Source of the DNA: an uncultured virus (IMG/VR IMGVR_UViG_3300009130_000019)
Lineage: Duplodnaviria; Heunggongvirae; Uroviricota; Caudoviricetes
Reading direction: 5' to 3' (one strand)
Length of the DNA stretch: 64,000 bases
Virus record (IMG/VR): IMGVR_UViG_3300009130_000019
Part shown: one piece after another, positions 37,801 through 47,024 of the stretch
How positions within the stretch are numbered: position 1 is the first letter of the stretch
Layout: each line of letters starts with the position of its first letter
Position numbers and translations under genes: made by a program
The notes under the pieces: generated by a model
The model's database searches: none
What the model was told of the DNA's origin: nothing
The model's input: the letters and a program-made list of their open reading frames with translations, nothing else

Positions 37801-38710
37801 TGGACCAACATCAGAACCATCTATTGCATCTGTTCCTGCTATTTGTAGAAAAATAGATTGTGGATGCCCACCTTCATCATTACCAAATGCTACTCTAACT
37901 CAAACAGGGGACTGTGACAGTATAAGTAATTTAGTATACCTTGTTGGAGATCCATCATATATAATCCCTCCTGATCTGATTAGCTGTGATTATGAAGCTT
38001 TATTACAGGTTGAGCCAAGTCTTGAAAGAGGAACTTTATGGAGGCATAATTACAGGTGCGATCTTTATGCCAATTATTATGGTCAAGATTATCCTTGGGA
38101 GATAGAGCTTGTAGAAAATACAGGTCAAATGGTTACTACTATAAGAAGCTTTGAATATCAAATGGAAGCATATGTATATAATGGTGATTTACATAACGGA
38201 TGTGGAGATGATAGATGGCATGACCTGGATTTCAATTTTGATAAAGCTATAATATATAACTCAGAGCAGGTTTCTGGCTTACTTACTTTAGTGCCACATC
38301 CTAAGGAAGACCCGCTTAATATGATTATATATCCAATTATTGGAGCACAGGATATACAGATACTGTATTCTAAAGAAGAGCAGAAGTACAGGTTCAATCA
38401 ATTTTGGGACATAACCAGAGATAGAGCAGAGTTTACCAATCCTACTACTACTCCTCCTTTTTTCCCTACATATCAATACCAACCAGGTGTTACACCACTT
38501 GATAGCCCAGGGCAAAATATATTTATTACAGAACTAAATGGTTATATTAAAGATCTAAACTTTAATAATTTATTGTATCAAAAGTCTAGTGATCAACGTA
38601 AAAAGTTTAGACACTATTTTAATAAGGTTATCCTAAGAAGAACACTATCAGGTAATAGGAAGATGCTTCTTAAATTAAATAACACTAAGTTAAATTTATC
38701 AATAAGGTAA
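31865..38710 (+). CDS. Tail stabilisation / muzzle protein with internal Cys-rich and VWA-like insertion, 2281 aa
   Basis: N-terminal F.KGMNKD, FMRDEQYAF, GDVYINRY, WTVSY.....WISFHDW.P, LWRHN, FDKAIIYNSEQVSG; crAss synteny. Confidence 0.8.
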   Translation: MAKKKKNTGNLTSSTETNTFIKGMNKDVNSSFQPKQSWFHAINAYNNSADGDAGVIGNEPANLQCAEIPYPIIGAIYKEGDQWYIFSTDDVSSEIGLLDDSKCEYTTIVNDPCLNFNRKYLISGAAKENYDCTWQVYWDDNSNPSRTLNVDNIPWIQVEVQPPGSDCIEYANIDALDCEKIRLAPLMKTPCLELTRDIDGGLIRNGSYQAYVAYVVNEQRVTDYIGVSNIQSLFTHEDVGSSLNIKLTNLDQTFEFYELVILSNAKEQVVARKIGIYSTEQNSVSLDFIDAALISVPLEQLFGRSPAYEKSESMYVVNDYLIRQGPTEQFDFNYQPFANQIETKWQVVEYPADYYFKGGNKTSFMRDEQYAFFIRWIYNTGERSASYHIPGRVAKVGGFSGNGQTSGSPFSSGNEKDINQSFNSLNTSEENWQVYNTAEITSIFNPPLPLDDGGEIIAEGIMGYWESTERYPATKPEIWDASFNAPNIFDSTDPAHDLCGKNIRHHKMPSEEVHPRLHLSTSDGQKIRILGVKFSNIRRPLFNDGTVIPNIVGYEIIRGSREGAKSIMAKGIFKNMRKYNIPNEENLINTGVQGLYPNYPYNDLRSDAFFHDGTGVTGRRTEGLQSYQNSVIPGNLDYAPPLGAIDGYTKDVFTFHTPELPFRKPYLNAYETRIYGKYKGEATGYFTKSEDHPGQKLLMNYPIVYAAILGMGYAFTQFKGKKNQKNLPLQFLHSHPSLGFNITGEFVFGSGEISTKKVSLEQPAVGAALGAGVNYGIYLGVNGLFQDTVIDTILNDFLSVNDLVDVVSGGLKTEKSQDALNKRTYQSIQTTGGTTGGGIEIEYEGTDFKSLPSILRVLMSIPGFLVYTAEGANVLIELFYNIMSYQDYALKHNSHGFYTTLDPLNGDQFRSRNIASNYLGSSFNIFGDASNQLYKINNLFRPDTIAINTNNEFQDPQPDDDRSRYSLGQLEFEDGEIAIHKSYQGRKFKKPICALYGALKFKIDNQYGQIEGVKQTPMRGCIQYVDLNQPPTYTFETDAFFTGDVYINRYTEKTIMPIFTDFLYGQPDGYVYDYLKYTNIPYPRYWMNTERYDFTQIYDIFNQLGSIFSGSGNDWFKILPSDLYSVDVPYAGDPATFAFVDLISGGIPSLATQSLFGVTNGAIYTHINGVQDFFVESELNIAQRDWKTPPDKRHYDPYLYNNVADLFHAKIQKEDNFYLYDYSLSTSRFITNLTSFGVIQPRDYDPQIAETCFTFYPKRLIYSLRAQEEAKKDFWRVFLPNNYKDFKNKVSVIKPVNQTGALMFFPYASPKMFMGVDQLQTDLGTKVILGDGGLFAREPQNITNSDMANEYASCESARSVINTPMGIFFISQAQGKIFQYSGKLVAISDKGMKWWFNKYLPSVLLRQFPELEGTELDDNPVVGIGCQAIYDINDDIVYFTKKDYSVKEEYVGQIIFDPFLCQFEFQYSGTRFPVKLEDETYFDNASWTVSYDPKIRGWISFHDWHPEFVLPSINHFLTTKTFASDIPLCPPGYSLVNGVCQKTLNETTPGFVDIDEVPANINYDVNPIECDCPPGYTLVFPEVLPNNQVIWTQPTGDCETNILTNTGGPGNGTPVIEEQSLECPIDLVFVVQADDSTSVDDLHNPDQQIILTNYIQQFLLNGDIANAINNQNMQVGVVMHAKNGVGNCFVFGGGIDYSLGTNDRLNFAFPSGQRFMQSNDPSTNTDNVAIANGIFSWLNNNWIGNRGILTTWGTDYGQRFGINEVINRRFSPESQLGNRDADPNYRAIVFHVTGLVNIWNIGPPVCYTTANIAQQNLSPLQTPGGQGPSWMYSLAAYIPYEYDIITGAYNPTPGTVVGPLSSDSFTINDITQSLDFSSDIINVVNKIKEICNNPTSTVDVCDCYDYDLTILDTAPLDQYDILYQECVTGSYETQVVQKGQTVTISCVRENSVSFVQNIGAGFFTLIQGVLCDTQYNCDSGPTSEPSIASVPAICRKIDCGCPPSSLPNATLTQTGDCDSISNLVYLVGDPSYIIPPDLISCDYEALLQVEPSLERGTLWRHNYRCDLYANYYGQDYPWEIELVENTGQMVTTIRSFEYQMEAYVYNGDLHNGCGDDRWHDLDFNFDKAIIYNSEQVSGLLTLVPHPKEDPLNMIIYPIIGAQDIQILYSKEEQKYRFNQFWDITRDRAEFTNPTTTPPFFPTYQYQPGVTPLDSPGQNIFITELNGYIKDLNFNNLLYQKSSDQRKKFRHYFNKVILRRTLSGNRKMLLKLNNTKLNLSIR

Positions 38711-40008
38711 TGAAAGGATATTTTAATAAAAAAGAAAGCAGAGGTTTACCAGGTGGACCTAATCAACAGTTTACATATGCAACAGGTGTATTCATGCAGG
38801 ATATGTATCATGTTCCTAAAGCTCAAAAAGGAGGAGAAGGTTATAGAATTGATGCATCAGGTTATAATGATCCCTATAAAGTTATACCAAGTGGTAATAT
38901 AACCATGACAGAACAAGATGGCGGTGCTTTAAAGAAAGGCCCTTTGCTTGGTATAGATAACATGGGTAATCAACAAATGATGTTCCCCGGTTATGAATAT
39001 CAATTTCCTGGTAATATGGTTATGGAGATACCCGTAGCACAGAAAGGCAATGGTGAGAAAGAAAATAAAATAAAAAATAGAATATTAAAAGAATATCCAG
39101 GTTTTGAAAATATTTTAAATAAAACTAAATATTATAAAACAGATATATTAGATAGTAGTAAAACAGGATTTGGAGACACTGAAACAATTTTTCCTAATAT
39201 AGATACTGTTAAGTATTCTGATTATAAAAAAGGTTTAAAAGATTTACCTAATCCTAATTACGGTACAAGTAATTATACCGTAGCATATAATCCTAAAAAT
39301 ATAAACTTAGATGAATCTACAATTCCATTAGCTTCAGAGTTGTTTCATATTTCTAATTTGGACCCAGTGTTAAAATCTTTAAGACAGGATGTAATAAATG
39401 CTGCATACGAAAGCGATCCTTATTTTAAAAAAGATGTAAAAGAAAGAATAAAAGAGTATCCAGAGTATACAAAAAAAGAACAAGAAGAAATTGTAGCAGA
39501 TGGATACATGAGAAATGTTCTTTATAACTCTTTATTAGAAAATACAGGTAAAGATTATATTCTTAAAAACAATAGATATCATCCTGAAGAAGCTAAAGAT
39601 ATTAGCGGATTTTATCAACCGATGTCAAATCAAATAATAAATTATTTACAGAATCCACAAGGTTATCCATTACCACAAGTTAATGTAACTGCAAAAAGAA
39701 TTAATAAACAAAAAGGTGGTGAATTCCAAAGGCTAGTTAAAAAATACACAACACAAGGTTGGGATTCTCTTAATCCTCAAGAGCAACAGTTCTATAGAGA
39801 AACTTATCAGAGAGGTGGTTCAATTAAATTAGACCCTGCTAAGAAAGGAACATTTAAAGCATTGGCTACTAAATATGGAATGTCTATGGATAAGTTAGCT
39901 ATGGATATGAAAAAGAATCCTGATAAATATTCACCGGAAGCAAGAAAGAAAGCTAACTTTTATAGAAACTTTGTAATGCAATATGGTGGAGCTACAAATT
40001 TTTTATAA
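38710..40008 (+). CDS. Putative virion cargo protein with QxGG repeats, 432 aa
   Basis: First gene after muzzle; IPSGNITM...M.PG..Y.FPG..V.E.P module; C-terminal K...KGTF...A...KANF.RN module. Confidence 0.7.
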   Translation: MKGYFNKKESRGLPGGPNQQFTYATGVFMQDMYHVPKAQKGGEGYRIDASGYNDPYKVIPSGNITMTEQDGGALKKGPLLGIDNMGNQQMMFPGYEYQFPGNMVMEIPVAQKGNGEKENKIKNRILKEYPGFENILNKTKYYKTDILDSSKTGFGDTETIFPNIDTVKYSDYKKGLKDLPNPNYGTSNYTVAYNPKNINLDESTIPLASELFHISNLDPVLKSLRQDVINAAYESDPYFKKDVKERIKEYPEYTKKEQEEIVADGYMRNVLYNSLLENTGKDYILKNNRYHPEEAKDISGFYQPMSNQIINYLQNPQGYPLPQVNVTAKRINKQKGGEFQRLVKKYTTQGWDSLNPQEQQFYRETYQRGGSIKLDPAKKGTFKALATKYGMSMDKLAMDMKKNPDKYSPEARKKANFYRNFVMQYGGATNFL

Positions 40009-40100
40009 AGAAGACATGGTGTCATGTTATAGGAAATAAATAAAAGTTAGTAACTTTAATATAAATTTTGTATATTAATTATACACAAATAACCGTTACA

Positions 40101-43100
40101 ATGGCAAACAAAAAAAGTTTACAAGAGGGTGGAATGACTGAAGTTAGAAATAACATGGAGTACTTATTAAGTGAATTGCAAGATAAGATACAAAATCAAA
40201 ATATTCCTGTACAACAATCTGTAGCCGATTTAGTTTCAGAAGGTAACAATCCTCAGGAAATAGCTCAAGCCCTTTTACAAATAGGATATAAAGAAGATGA
40301 TATAAAACAGATATTTAATTCTTTACCTAAGTCTGAAGAGGATTCAGAAATTGACAAAGATGTTCAAGAGGAGCAACAACAGCAAAATATAGAACAGCCT
40401 CAGAAACAACAAGAAAAAGTCCAACAAATGGAACAAGAAGGGGTTGTTGCTAAAAAGGGTAAGCAAATGCAATCTTCTATATATGATATACCAAAAGCAA
40501 AACAAGGTATGGCTTTTAGAGATTGGATGAGACAGGCAAGAAGGCATGGAAGCATTAATCAAAATGAAATGTACCAAGCCCCGGAAGCAAGGTATCTTCC
40601 TATGCAAAAAGAAAGCTATTCAGCAATTGATGCTATGAAAAACATAGGTTCAAATCTTATGGATTTCATAGATAAAACAAAAACCTGGAATGATAATAAA
40701 GAACACCTTTATAACTATAAAGTAAATGTTCCTGAAGGTGTAGACATTGATGACTACGCAATAAATGCTAAAGAGCTATATAGAGCGGCAACAGAAAAAG
40801 ACAGTCTTGGTAACAATAGATTTATAAGGACAAAGGATAACATAGGTAAGATTGTTAAAAACAAATCACGTATGTACTATGGTCCTAAAAAAAATAGATA
40901 TTCTTTTGATATAAGAAACCCATATGAAGAAGATGATAAAAAAATAGACAGGATGAGAAAAAAGGAATTTGGTGCAAACTACATGAAAAAAAGCATTCCT
41001 TTAAGTCAATTTCAAGGGTTTGATTATGACCAGTCTCAAGCTATAGGAGATTATATGTATAATAAATATATGGGCAACACACCAAAAGGAACGGTCTTAG
41101 GAGTAGATAAATATGGTATGCCTATATATCAAACAGGAGATACAGATTATGATTTAATGTTAGGACAAAAGAAATTTAATGTAACTCAAAACAATGTAGA
41201 TAATGCTATGAATAATCTTTATAATAGAAAAGGAGCAACTTTAGATTGGGTTAAAAAACAACTAGGAGGTAACACTCACAATACATATCATGGGTATCAA
41301 ATTGGAGGTGAGCCATTAAGTAAAAAGCAATGGTATTTACAAAATCCTGAAGCTAAATTAAAAACAGCAAGTGAAATAGATTCATTATATAAAGATTATA
41401 TTGATAATTTTCAATATGATGATTATGAAATAGAGTATGAACCAGAGATACAAACAGAAACTATAAATTTCCAAGAGCCTACTGCAACAATAACAAACAA
41501 AGGCTGGGGTGATTTCAGAAAAGGTTTAGATAAGTTTGGAGATGTAGCTGAAGCTACAGTTAATATAACTGGAAATGTAAATAAGTTTTTAAGAGGTATA
41601 GATTATGACAAACAGCTTGGTGATGCAACATACCAATCATCTGACAGTATTCATGGAATAGATGACCCAGAAAAAGGTTTTTGGACATATCAACAAGAAG
41701 GTATTTTACAACCAGACCATCAGACAGAATGGATGGCACAAAAAGGAAAAGAAATGAACAGGTATCAAAAAGGTAAAGAAAAATATCATGTTAATCCAGA
41801 TGGAACATTCGATATTAATAGTAAATGGTTTAAAGGTTTGCCATTAGAAAAACAAAGGAAAGTAGCAGCTTACAACCAAGATATTACAAGAGGGGCAGGA
41901 ACGCCTTTTACAGGAGCTGTTCCTGCAACTTTTGGCAGCTTACCTTCAAGGGTTGAGGTAACAAGAAGAACACCACCAAATGATTATATGAATCCTTTTT
42001 CTGGGCCAGACATCATGCCAGATTTATCACCGTTAGATAAAGTAATACTAAATAACAATAAACAACCTTCTCCTATAGGAGGAGATGGATTATCAGAAGA
42101 GTTTATCAATGCTCTTAGGCCGGGTAAAGTTTATGGGGATAGAAAATATGGTGGTGATTTAGATAAGTATCAAGGTAATAGAAGAAGTGAAACACAACCT
42201 AATTCTAATACTTTAAGGAAAATTCCATTTTTAGATTATGTTCAAAGTATATTTGATAGAAGGAATATAAAAAGAAATGTAAATACACCGCTGAATTTCT
42301 CATCTAACCAAAACAAACAGTTTATTGATTCTTGGGAAAGAGAATTTTTAAGATCAAATCAAGAATACCCTGCACAAGAAATGGAATTTTTACCTTTTGG
42401 AGAAAATGGGCAAATGATAAGTGCAAACTTCATAAGAAGTTTTAAACCAGGTACTACTGAATGGTGGTTGAAAGAAAACTTAAATCAAAGAGATGAAAAT
42501 GCTGAAATCCTTAGACAAGTGCTTAAAAGAAAAATGGAAGATTCTGGCAGACTTCCTTTTAAAGAGTTTAGTAGACAAAGAGGTGGTGGTTTAGATAAGT
42601 ATCAAAAAGGAGATGAGGTAGTGAGAAAATTTGGCCCTCCTTTATTTCCTTTTTCTCCTGGAGAAAGAGAGGTGTTTCAAGATAATTTAACGGGATATTT
42701 TAATTTAATGAAAGAAAATGAAGAGTGGAAAAGACAAAATGATCCTAGCTGGAATATAGAACAAAGTAAGACAAGGAAAGAAGGCTTTGATAGTCCATTG
42801 TGGTCATATGGTGATAGATATGATGTTCCTTTTATTGGGTTGGTTAAAAACAATAAAAGGGTTCCTTTAGAAAATGTGCTGCCAGGAGAGGTTCTTAGAG
42901 AGTATTATAAATTAAAAAACCCTTCTCAACAAAGACAAATGTTATTAAATTATGATCCAAATCTTAGCGGTCAAATTACACAGTTAATGTTTGAATCTCC
43001 TAAAAAACAATATGGAGGATCTTCAGATCCATTTTCTACAAAAAGACAACTTAGAAAAAAGAAAGGAGGACAAGTAGCTAACATATCTACAGAAGTATTA

Positions 43101-43145
43101 AAAAGACTACAAGCAACTAAAGGTGCAAAATTTAATATATTATGA
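40101..43145 (+). CDS. Putative virion cargo protein, modular with QxGG repeats, ~1014 aa
   Basis: ATG 40101 preferred over TTG 40068; more than ten Q/K-x-G-G/K motifs. Confidence 0.7.
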   Translation: MANKKSLQEGGMTEVRNNMEYLLSELQDKIQNQNIPVQQSVADLVSEGNNPQEIAQALLQIGYKEDDIKQIFNSLPKSEEDSEIDKDVQEEQQQQNIEQPQKQQEKVQQMEQEGVVAKKGKQMQSSIYDIPKAKQGMAFRDWMRQARRHGSINQNEMYQAPEARYLPMQKESYSAIDAMKNIGSNLMDFIDKTKTWNDNKEHLYNYKVNVPEGVDIDDYAINAKELYRAATEKDSLGNNRFIRTKDNIGKIVKNKSRMYYGPKKNRYSFDIRNPYEEDDKKIDRMRKKEFGANYMKKSIPLSQFQGFDYDQSQAIGDYMYNKYMGNTPKGTVLGVDKYGMPIYQTGDTDYDLMLGQKKFNVTQNNVDNAMNNLYNRKGATLDWVKKQLGGNTHNTYHGYQIGGEPLSKKQWYLQNPEAKLKTASEIDSLYKDYIDNFQYDDYEIEYEPEIQTETINFQEPTATITNKGWGDFRKGLDKFGDVAEATVNITGNVNKFLRGIDYDKQLGDATYQSSDSIHGIDDPEKGFWTYQQEGILQPDHQTEWMAQKGKEMNRYQKGKEKYHVNPDGTFDINSKWFKGLPLEKQRKVAAYNQDITRGAGTPFTGAVPATFGSLPSRVEVTRRTPPNDYMNPFSGPDIMPDLSPLDKVILNNNKQPSPIGGDGLSEEFINALRPGKVYGDRKYGGDLDKYQGNRRSETQPNSNTLRKIPFLDYVQSIFDRRNIKRNVNTPLNFSSNQNKQFIDSWEREFLRSNQEYPAQEMEFLPFGENGQMISANFIRSFKPGTTEWWLKENLNQRDENAEILRQVLKRKMEDSGRLPFKEFSRQRGGGLDKYQKGDEVVRKFGPPLFPFSPGEREVFQDNLTGYFNLMKENEEWKRQNDPSWNIEQSKTRKEGFDSPLWSYGDRYDVPFIGLVKNNKRVPLENVLPGEVLREYYKLKNPSQQRQMLLNYDPNLSGQITQLMFESPKKQYGGSSDPFSTKRQLRKKKGGQVANISTEVLKRLQATKGAKFNIL

Positions 43146-46100
43146 AAATAAAGTTTAATGATTTACCTGATGGGTTTGAAGTAAGAAACGGACAGGTTGT
43201 GGAAGTGAAACAATCTGGAGGTTCTACTGGTGACCAAAACAATTATGGTTTAGTTACAACACCTAAAGACCATATTGCTGACGATGAAATAAAAGTCAAA
43301 CATTCTATGTCTCCAGTCCCTAGAGATCAGGCAAACATAGAAGCAGAGAAAGGAGAGACTGTACTTACAGACCTTAATGGTGATGGAGAATTTGGCTTAT
43401 ATGACATCCAGGGTAAAAGACATGCCAAGGGTGGAACACCCTTGTTTCTACCAGAACAATCTTTTGTTTATTCAGATTTCAACAAAATGAAATTTACAAA
43501 AGATGAAATGGCTGAGATGGGCATAGAGTCTAAAAAAAGATTAACACCTGCAAAGATATCAAAGAAATATGGCCTAAATGAATATTATGCTTCTTTAAAG
43601 GATCCATATGCAGATGAGATACAGGCAAACACTGCTGATCTTATGTTAGAAAAGAATAAGATGCAGTTGTCAAAGCTTGCATTTTTACAAGAGTCTAAAA
43701 AAGATTTTGAAGATGGTGTCCCAGTTTCTTCATTTCCTTTCCTTGTAGAGCAAGGTCAAGATCCTATTGCATACATGCAAGAGGTAGAGAATATAAATAG
43801 ACACAAAGCAGAGGAGAAGTTTATAAGTTCTTTACCACCAGAACAACAGATGCAGATTGCTGCCTTGCAACAATATATGCAACAGGTAGATCAACAAGAA
43901 CAAGAAATGGTTGACGCTAATACAGAGCAGGGTGCATTACCACCACCTACTAACATGGGTGCGCAACAAGGTATGATGCCTCCACCACCTGAGATGGATA
44001 ATCAACAACTTGCACAAATGGGTTTTGAGGTAGAAGGTATGTCATATGCTCAAGATGGCTATGAATTATTAAATGCTCAAAGAGGTAGAGATATTAAAAA
44101 AAGACAAGAAAGAAAAGCTGCTTATTACAAAGAAAAAGAAGCTATTGATTCTATACCTAAACAAAAAATTGCACAGTATATAGATACTGACGGAGGATTT
44201 ACATACACTATTTGGCAAGATTCAGAAGGAAACAAATATCAAAGAGAAGAAGGTTTTGTAAATGACGATGGTATATTTGTAGCATCATCAGATAATTTTT
44301 CTGGTCATGGTGGTTGGATTACAGATCCTAAAAGAATAGCTGCAACAGAAAATGATCCATATTTACAGAAGTTTAGAGGTGATGTTCCAAAAAGTGGACA
44401 AGTAATGGATGAAGGGTGGGAAGAAAACATAATTACAGAAACATCTGTAGATGATGAACAGGATCCAGCTCTAGATAAACTAGATAAAGTTACTGCTAGA
44501 AGTTCTAAAAGAAAATATTTACCAACTAATAATCTAAATGTAATAAACCAAAGGAATGTTTCTAATAAAGAACAAGAGTATATAGAGCAATTACCCGGAG
44601 ACATGAAAGAAACACCTGGAAGTATGTTAGATTGGGTGAGTAAGCAATATGCTGGAGATCCCATTAAAGCAAATGTAGAACAAGAAGGTGCTCTACCATT
44701 TCTCCCTGACTACACTACACCAGAAGATGTGCAGGTACCTGCTGTAGAGCAATCTCCACAAGTAGATTCTGAGGGTGTTTATTCAGATTATAAAATAGCA
44801 AAAGAAGAATATAAAGCACAAGGTTATTCAAATGAAGAAGCGGCAAGATTAGCTGCAGAAGACCAATCTCCACAAACAGATGGGAATATTGAATTAATTA
44901 AATCAATATTAAATCTTCCAAATGCATCTAACATACCTGATAACATTAAAAAAGTAATGTTAGAAAATGCTAATCGCTTAGATCCTGATTTTATTGAATA
45001 CATGACTAATGAATTAGCCGAAGCTAATGATCCTAGTAAAGCTGCATATAAAGATCGTGCAACACGAAGAGCAGTATCTGGGCTAATTCAAGGGTTTCAA
45101 AATAAAATGTTAGGCCCTTGGCAAACAGGTAATGATGCAGATAGAACTTTTAAGCAAGTATATAAGCCTGGTGATTGGAATGACCCTGCGTTTATAAATG
45201 CTATAAAAAACTATGAGGAAACAGGTAAATTTACTGAATTTAATTCAAGCCAAGCAACTACAAAAACAACAAATAACACAACAGAATCACAACAATCTCC
45301 ACAAACAGATAATAATCAAACAACTAAACAAGAAGCTGAAGAATTTTTAGATGATCCGCAAGGAGACAACCAAAATGTTCCTACAGCACAAGAAGTCTTT
45401 GAAACAGAAGACGGCACACTATTAAGTCTTGATCCTTCGCTTGCACCAGACATTACACCAGAGAATAGAATATTCTTAGGTAATGAAAAACTGCGTAAAA
45501 ACTATGAAGCATTAGAAAAAACATTTAAAGATCCTAAATCTCCTGCTGCTAAAGCACTTATACAAAAGTTTAGAGATGGTATTAACAATGATGATTACTT
45601 TGGTAAAAGAGTGTCAAGAGAAGATAAAGAAAAATTAAGAAATTTAAGTGAGCAGGAAATTGTTGATTACTTTTTAATGTTAGAAAAAAGAAATCTTGGA
45701 GCATATGCTCATGAGTTAGCTGGAGGTAAAAAGATTTCTGATTATGATCAAACAGGAGACGCTAATTTAGGAACAGATCCTGAATTAGAAAAGATGTTTG
45801 ATCAAATGGGATTATCTAAACAAACATCAGGTTTAGGCGGCATAGCTCAACAGTTAAGTTATATTGCTTACAGAGATATGCTTAAAGATAGAGATGCGGG
45901 TAACTTAACAGACGCTCAAAACAAAGCACTTTCCAACTTTAGGATAAAACAAGTTGGTAAAAGAGATGAAGCTTATAATATTGATGCAGAAAATGATATT
46001 TCAAGAGCAGATGGTTACTTAACTAATACAACTACAGGAGAAATTGCAGAATGGGTAGAAGATTATCCAGATGCTGAAGAAGTAAAGCCAATACCTCTAG

Positions 46101-47014
46101 CAGAAGAAGCAACAATAGAAGAAGAAGATCCTGATATTAATCTCCAGCCTAATGAATTAAAAGTACCATACAATCCTAATGACCCAAGATTCTGGTTACA
46201 GGATTTGCTTAAGCTAAATGCAATAGCAAATAGAAAGCGTAAGAAGTTTTATCCTTGGCAACCTGCTGTTGAAGACATTGATGTTGACTGGGTGCTAGAA
46301 GACCCTACAAGAGCTATAGCTGCCACTAATGAGCAGATGAACTTGATGGCACAAGGGCTTGGAACTTTTGGCGGACCTCAATCTTTTAATTCAAGGATGG
46401 CTAATGTTCAAGCAAAAACTGCTGCTAACATTGCAAATATTACAGCTGGTGTTCACAATAGAAACGTCAATACAGTAAATAGAGGCTTAGCACAACAAGC
46501 TCAATATGACTATATGATTGACAAAGAAAATAGAACAAGAAAAACTAAGCTTTATGATGATACAATGAAGGTAGAGCAAAATGCTTTGATTGAAGAGAAT
46601 TTTGACAGAGAGCAATATGCAGATGCTTTAGCCAGTGCTTATACCAATATGGCTAATACATATAATATGAACACTCTTTATGATAATTACAATATAGACC
46701 CAACAACTGGGGGGATGATGTATTTTACTAATCCTACAGCATTAGACCCTTCTCCATATAATGCAAAATCAAAAATGGATAAATATTTTGACTTTAGAAA
46801 TAACTTTAGAAAAAAATTCAAAACTGACCCTACTGATGCTGAAATAAAATATTTTATGGGAATAGAAGAAGATAATAGTAATATGTCTAACTATCAAAGA
46901 GAGGCAAGAAAAAATAGTCCGGCTCTAATGCGTGGTTATGATTATGTGGGGCAAAAAGGAAAAGAATTACGGCATAAATTATTACCATTTTTTACAGGAC
47001 AAGTAGGAATTTAA
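43142..47014 (+). CDS. Putative virion cargo/ejection protein, 1290 aa
   Basis: N-terminal ANIEAEKGE...GKRH..GG module, acidic variable middle, Q/N/A-rich helical C-terminus; upstream of RNAP. Confidence 0.7.
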   Translation: MKIKFNDLPDGFEVRNGQVVEVKQSGGSTGDQNNYGLVTTPKDHIADDEIKVKHSMSPVPRDQANIEAEKGETVLTDLNGDGEFGLYDIQGKRHAKGGTPLFLPEQSFVYSDFNKMKFTKDEMAEMGIESKKRLTPAKISKKYGLNEYYASLKDPYADEIQANTADLMLEKNKMQLSKLAFLQESKKDFEDGVPVSSFPFLVEQGQDPIAYMQEVENINRHKAEEKFISSLPPEQQMQIAALQQYMQQVDQQEQEMVDANTEQGALPPPTNMGAQQGMMPPPPEMDNQQLAQMGFEVEGMSYAQDGYELLNAQRGRDIKKRQERKAAYYKEKEAIDSIPKQKIAQYIDTDGGFTYTIWQDSEGNKYQREEGFVNDDGIFVASSDNFSGHGGWITDPKRIAATENDPYLQKFRGDVPKSGQVMDEGWEENIITETSVDDEQDPALDKLDKVTARSSKRKYLPTNNLNVINQRNVSNKEQEYIEQLPGDMKETPGSMLDWVSKQYAGDPIKANVEQEGALPFLPDYTTPEDVQVPAVEQSPQVDSEGVYSDYKIAKEEYKAQGYSNEEAARLAAEDQSPQTDGNIELIKSILNLPNASNIPDNIKKVMLENANRLDPDFIEYMTNELAEANDPSKAAYKDRATRRAVSGLIQGFQNKMLGPWQTGNDADRTFKQVYKPGDWNDPAFINAIKNYEETGKFTEFNSSQATTKTTNNTTESQQSPQTDNNQTTKQEAEEFLDDPQGDNQNVPTAQEVFETEDGTLLSLDPSLAPDITPENRIFLGNEKLRKNYEALEKTFKDPKSPAAKALIQKFRDGINNDDYFGKRVSREDKEKLRNLSEQEIVDYFLMLEKRNLGAYAHELAGGKKISDYDQTGDANLGTDPELEKMFDQMGLSKQTSGLGGIAQQLSYIAYRDMLKDRDAGNLTDAQNKALSNFRIKQVGKRDEAYNIDAENDISRADGYLTNTTTGEIAEWVEDYPDAEEVKPIPLAEEATIEEEDPDINLQPNELKVPYNPNDPRFWLQDLLKLNAIANRKRKKFYPWQPAVEDIDVDWVLEDPTRAIAATNEQMNLMAQGLGTFGGPQSFNSRMANVQAKTAANIANITAGVHNRNVNTVNRGLAQQAQYDYMIDKENRTRKTKLYDDTMKVEQNALIEENFDREQYADALASAYTNMANTYNMNTLYDNYNIDPTTGGMMYFTNPTALDPSPYNAKSKMDKYFDFRNNFRKKFKTDPTDAEIKYFMGIEEDNSNMSNYQREARKNSPALMRGYDYVGQKGKELRHKLLPFFTGQVGI

Positions 47015-47024
47015 AACATAAACA

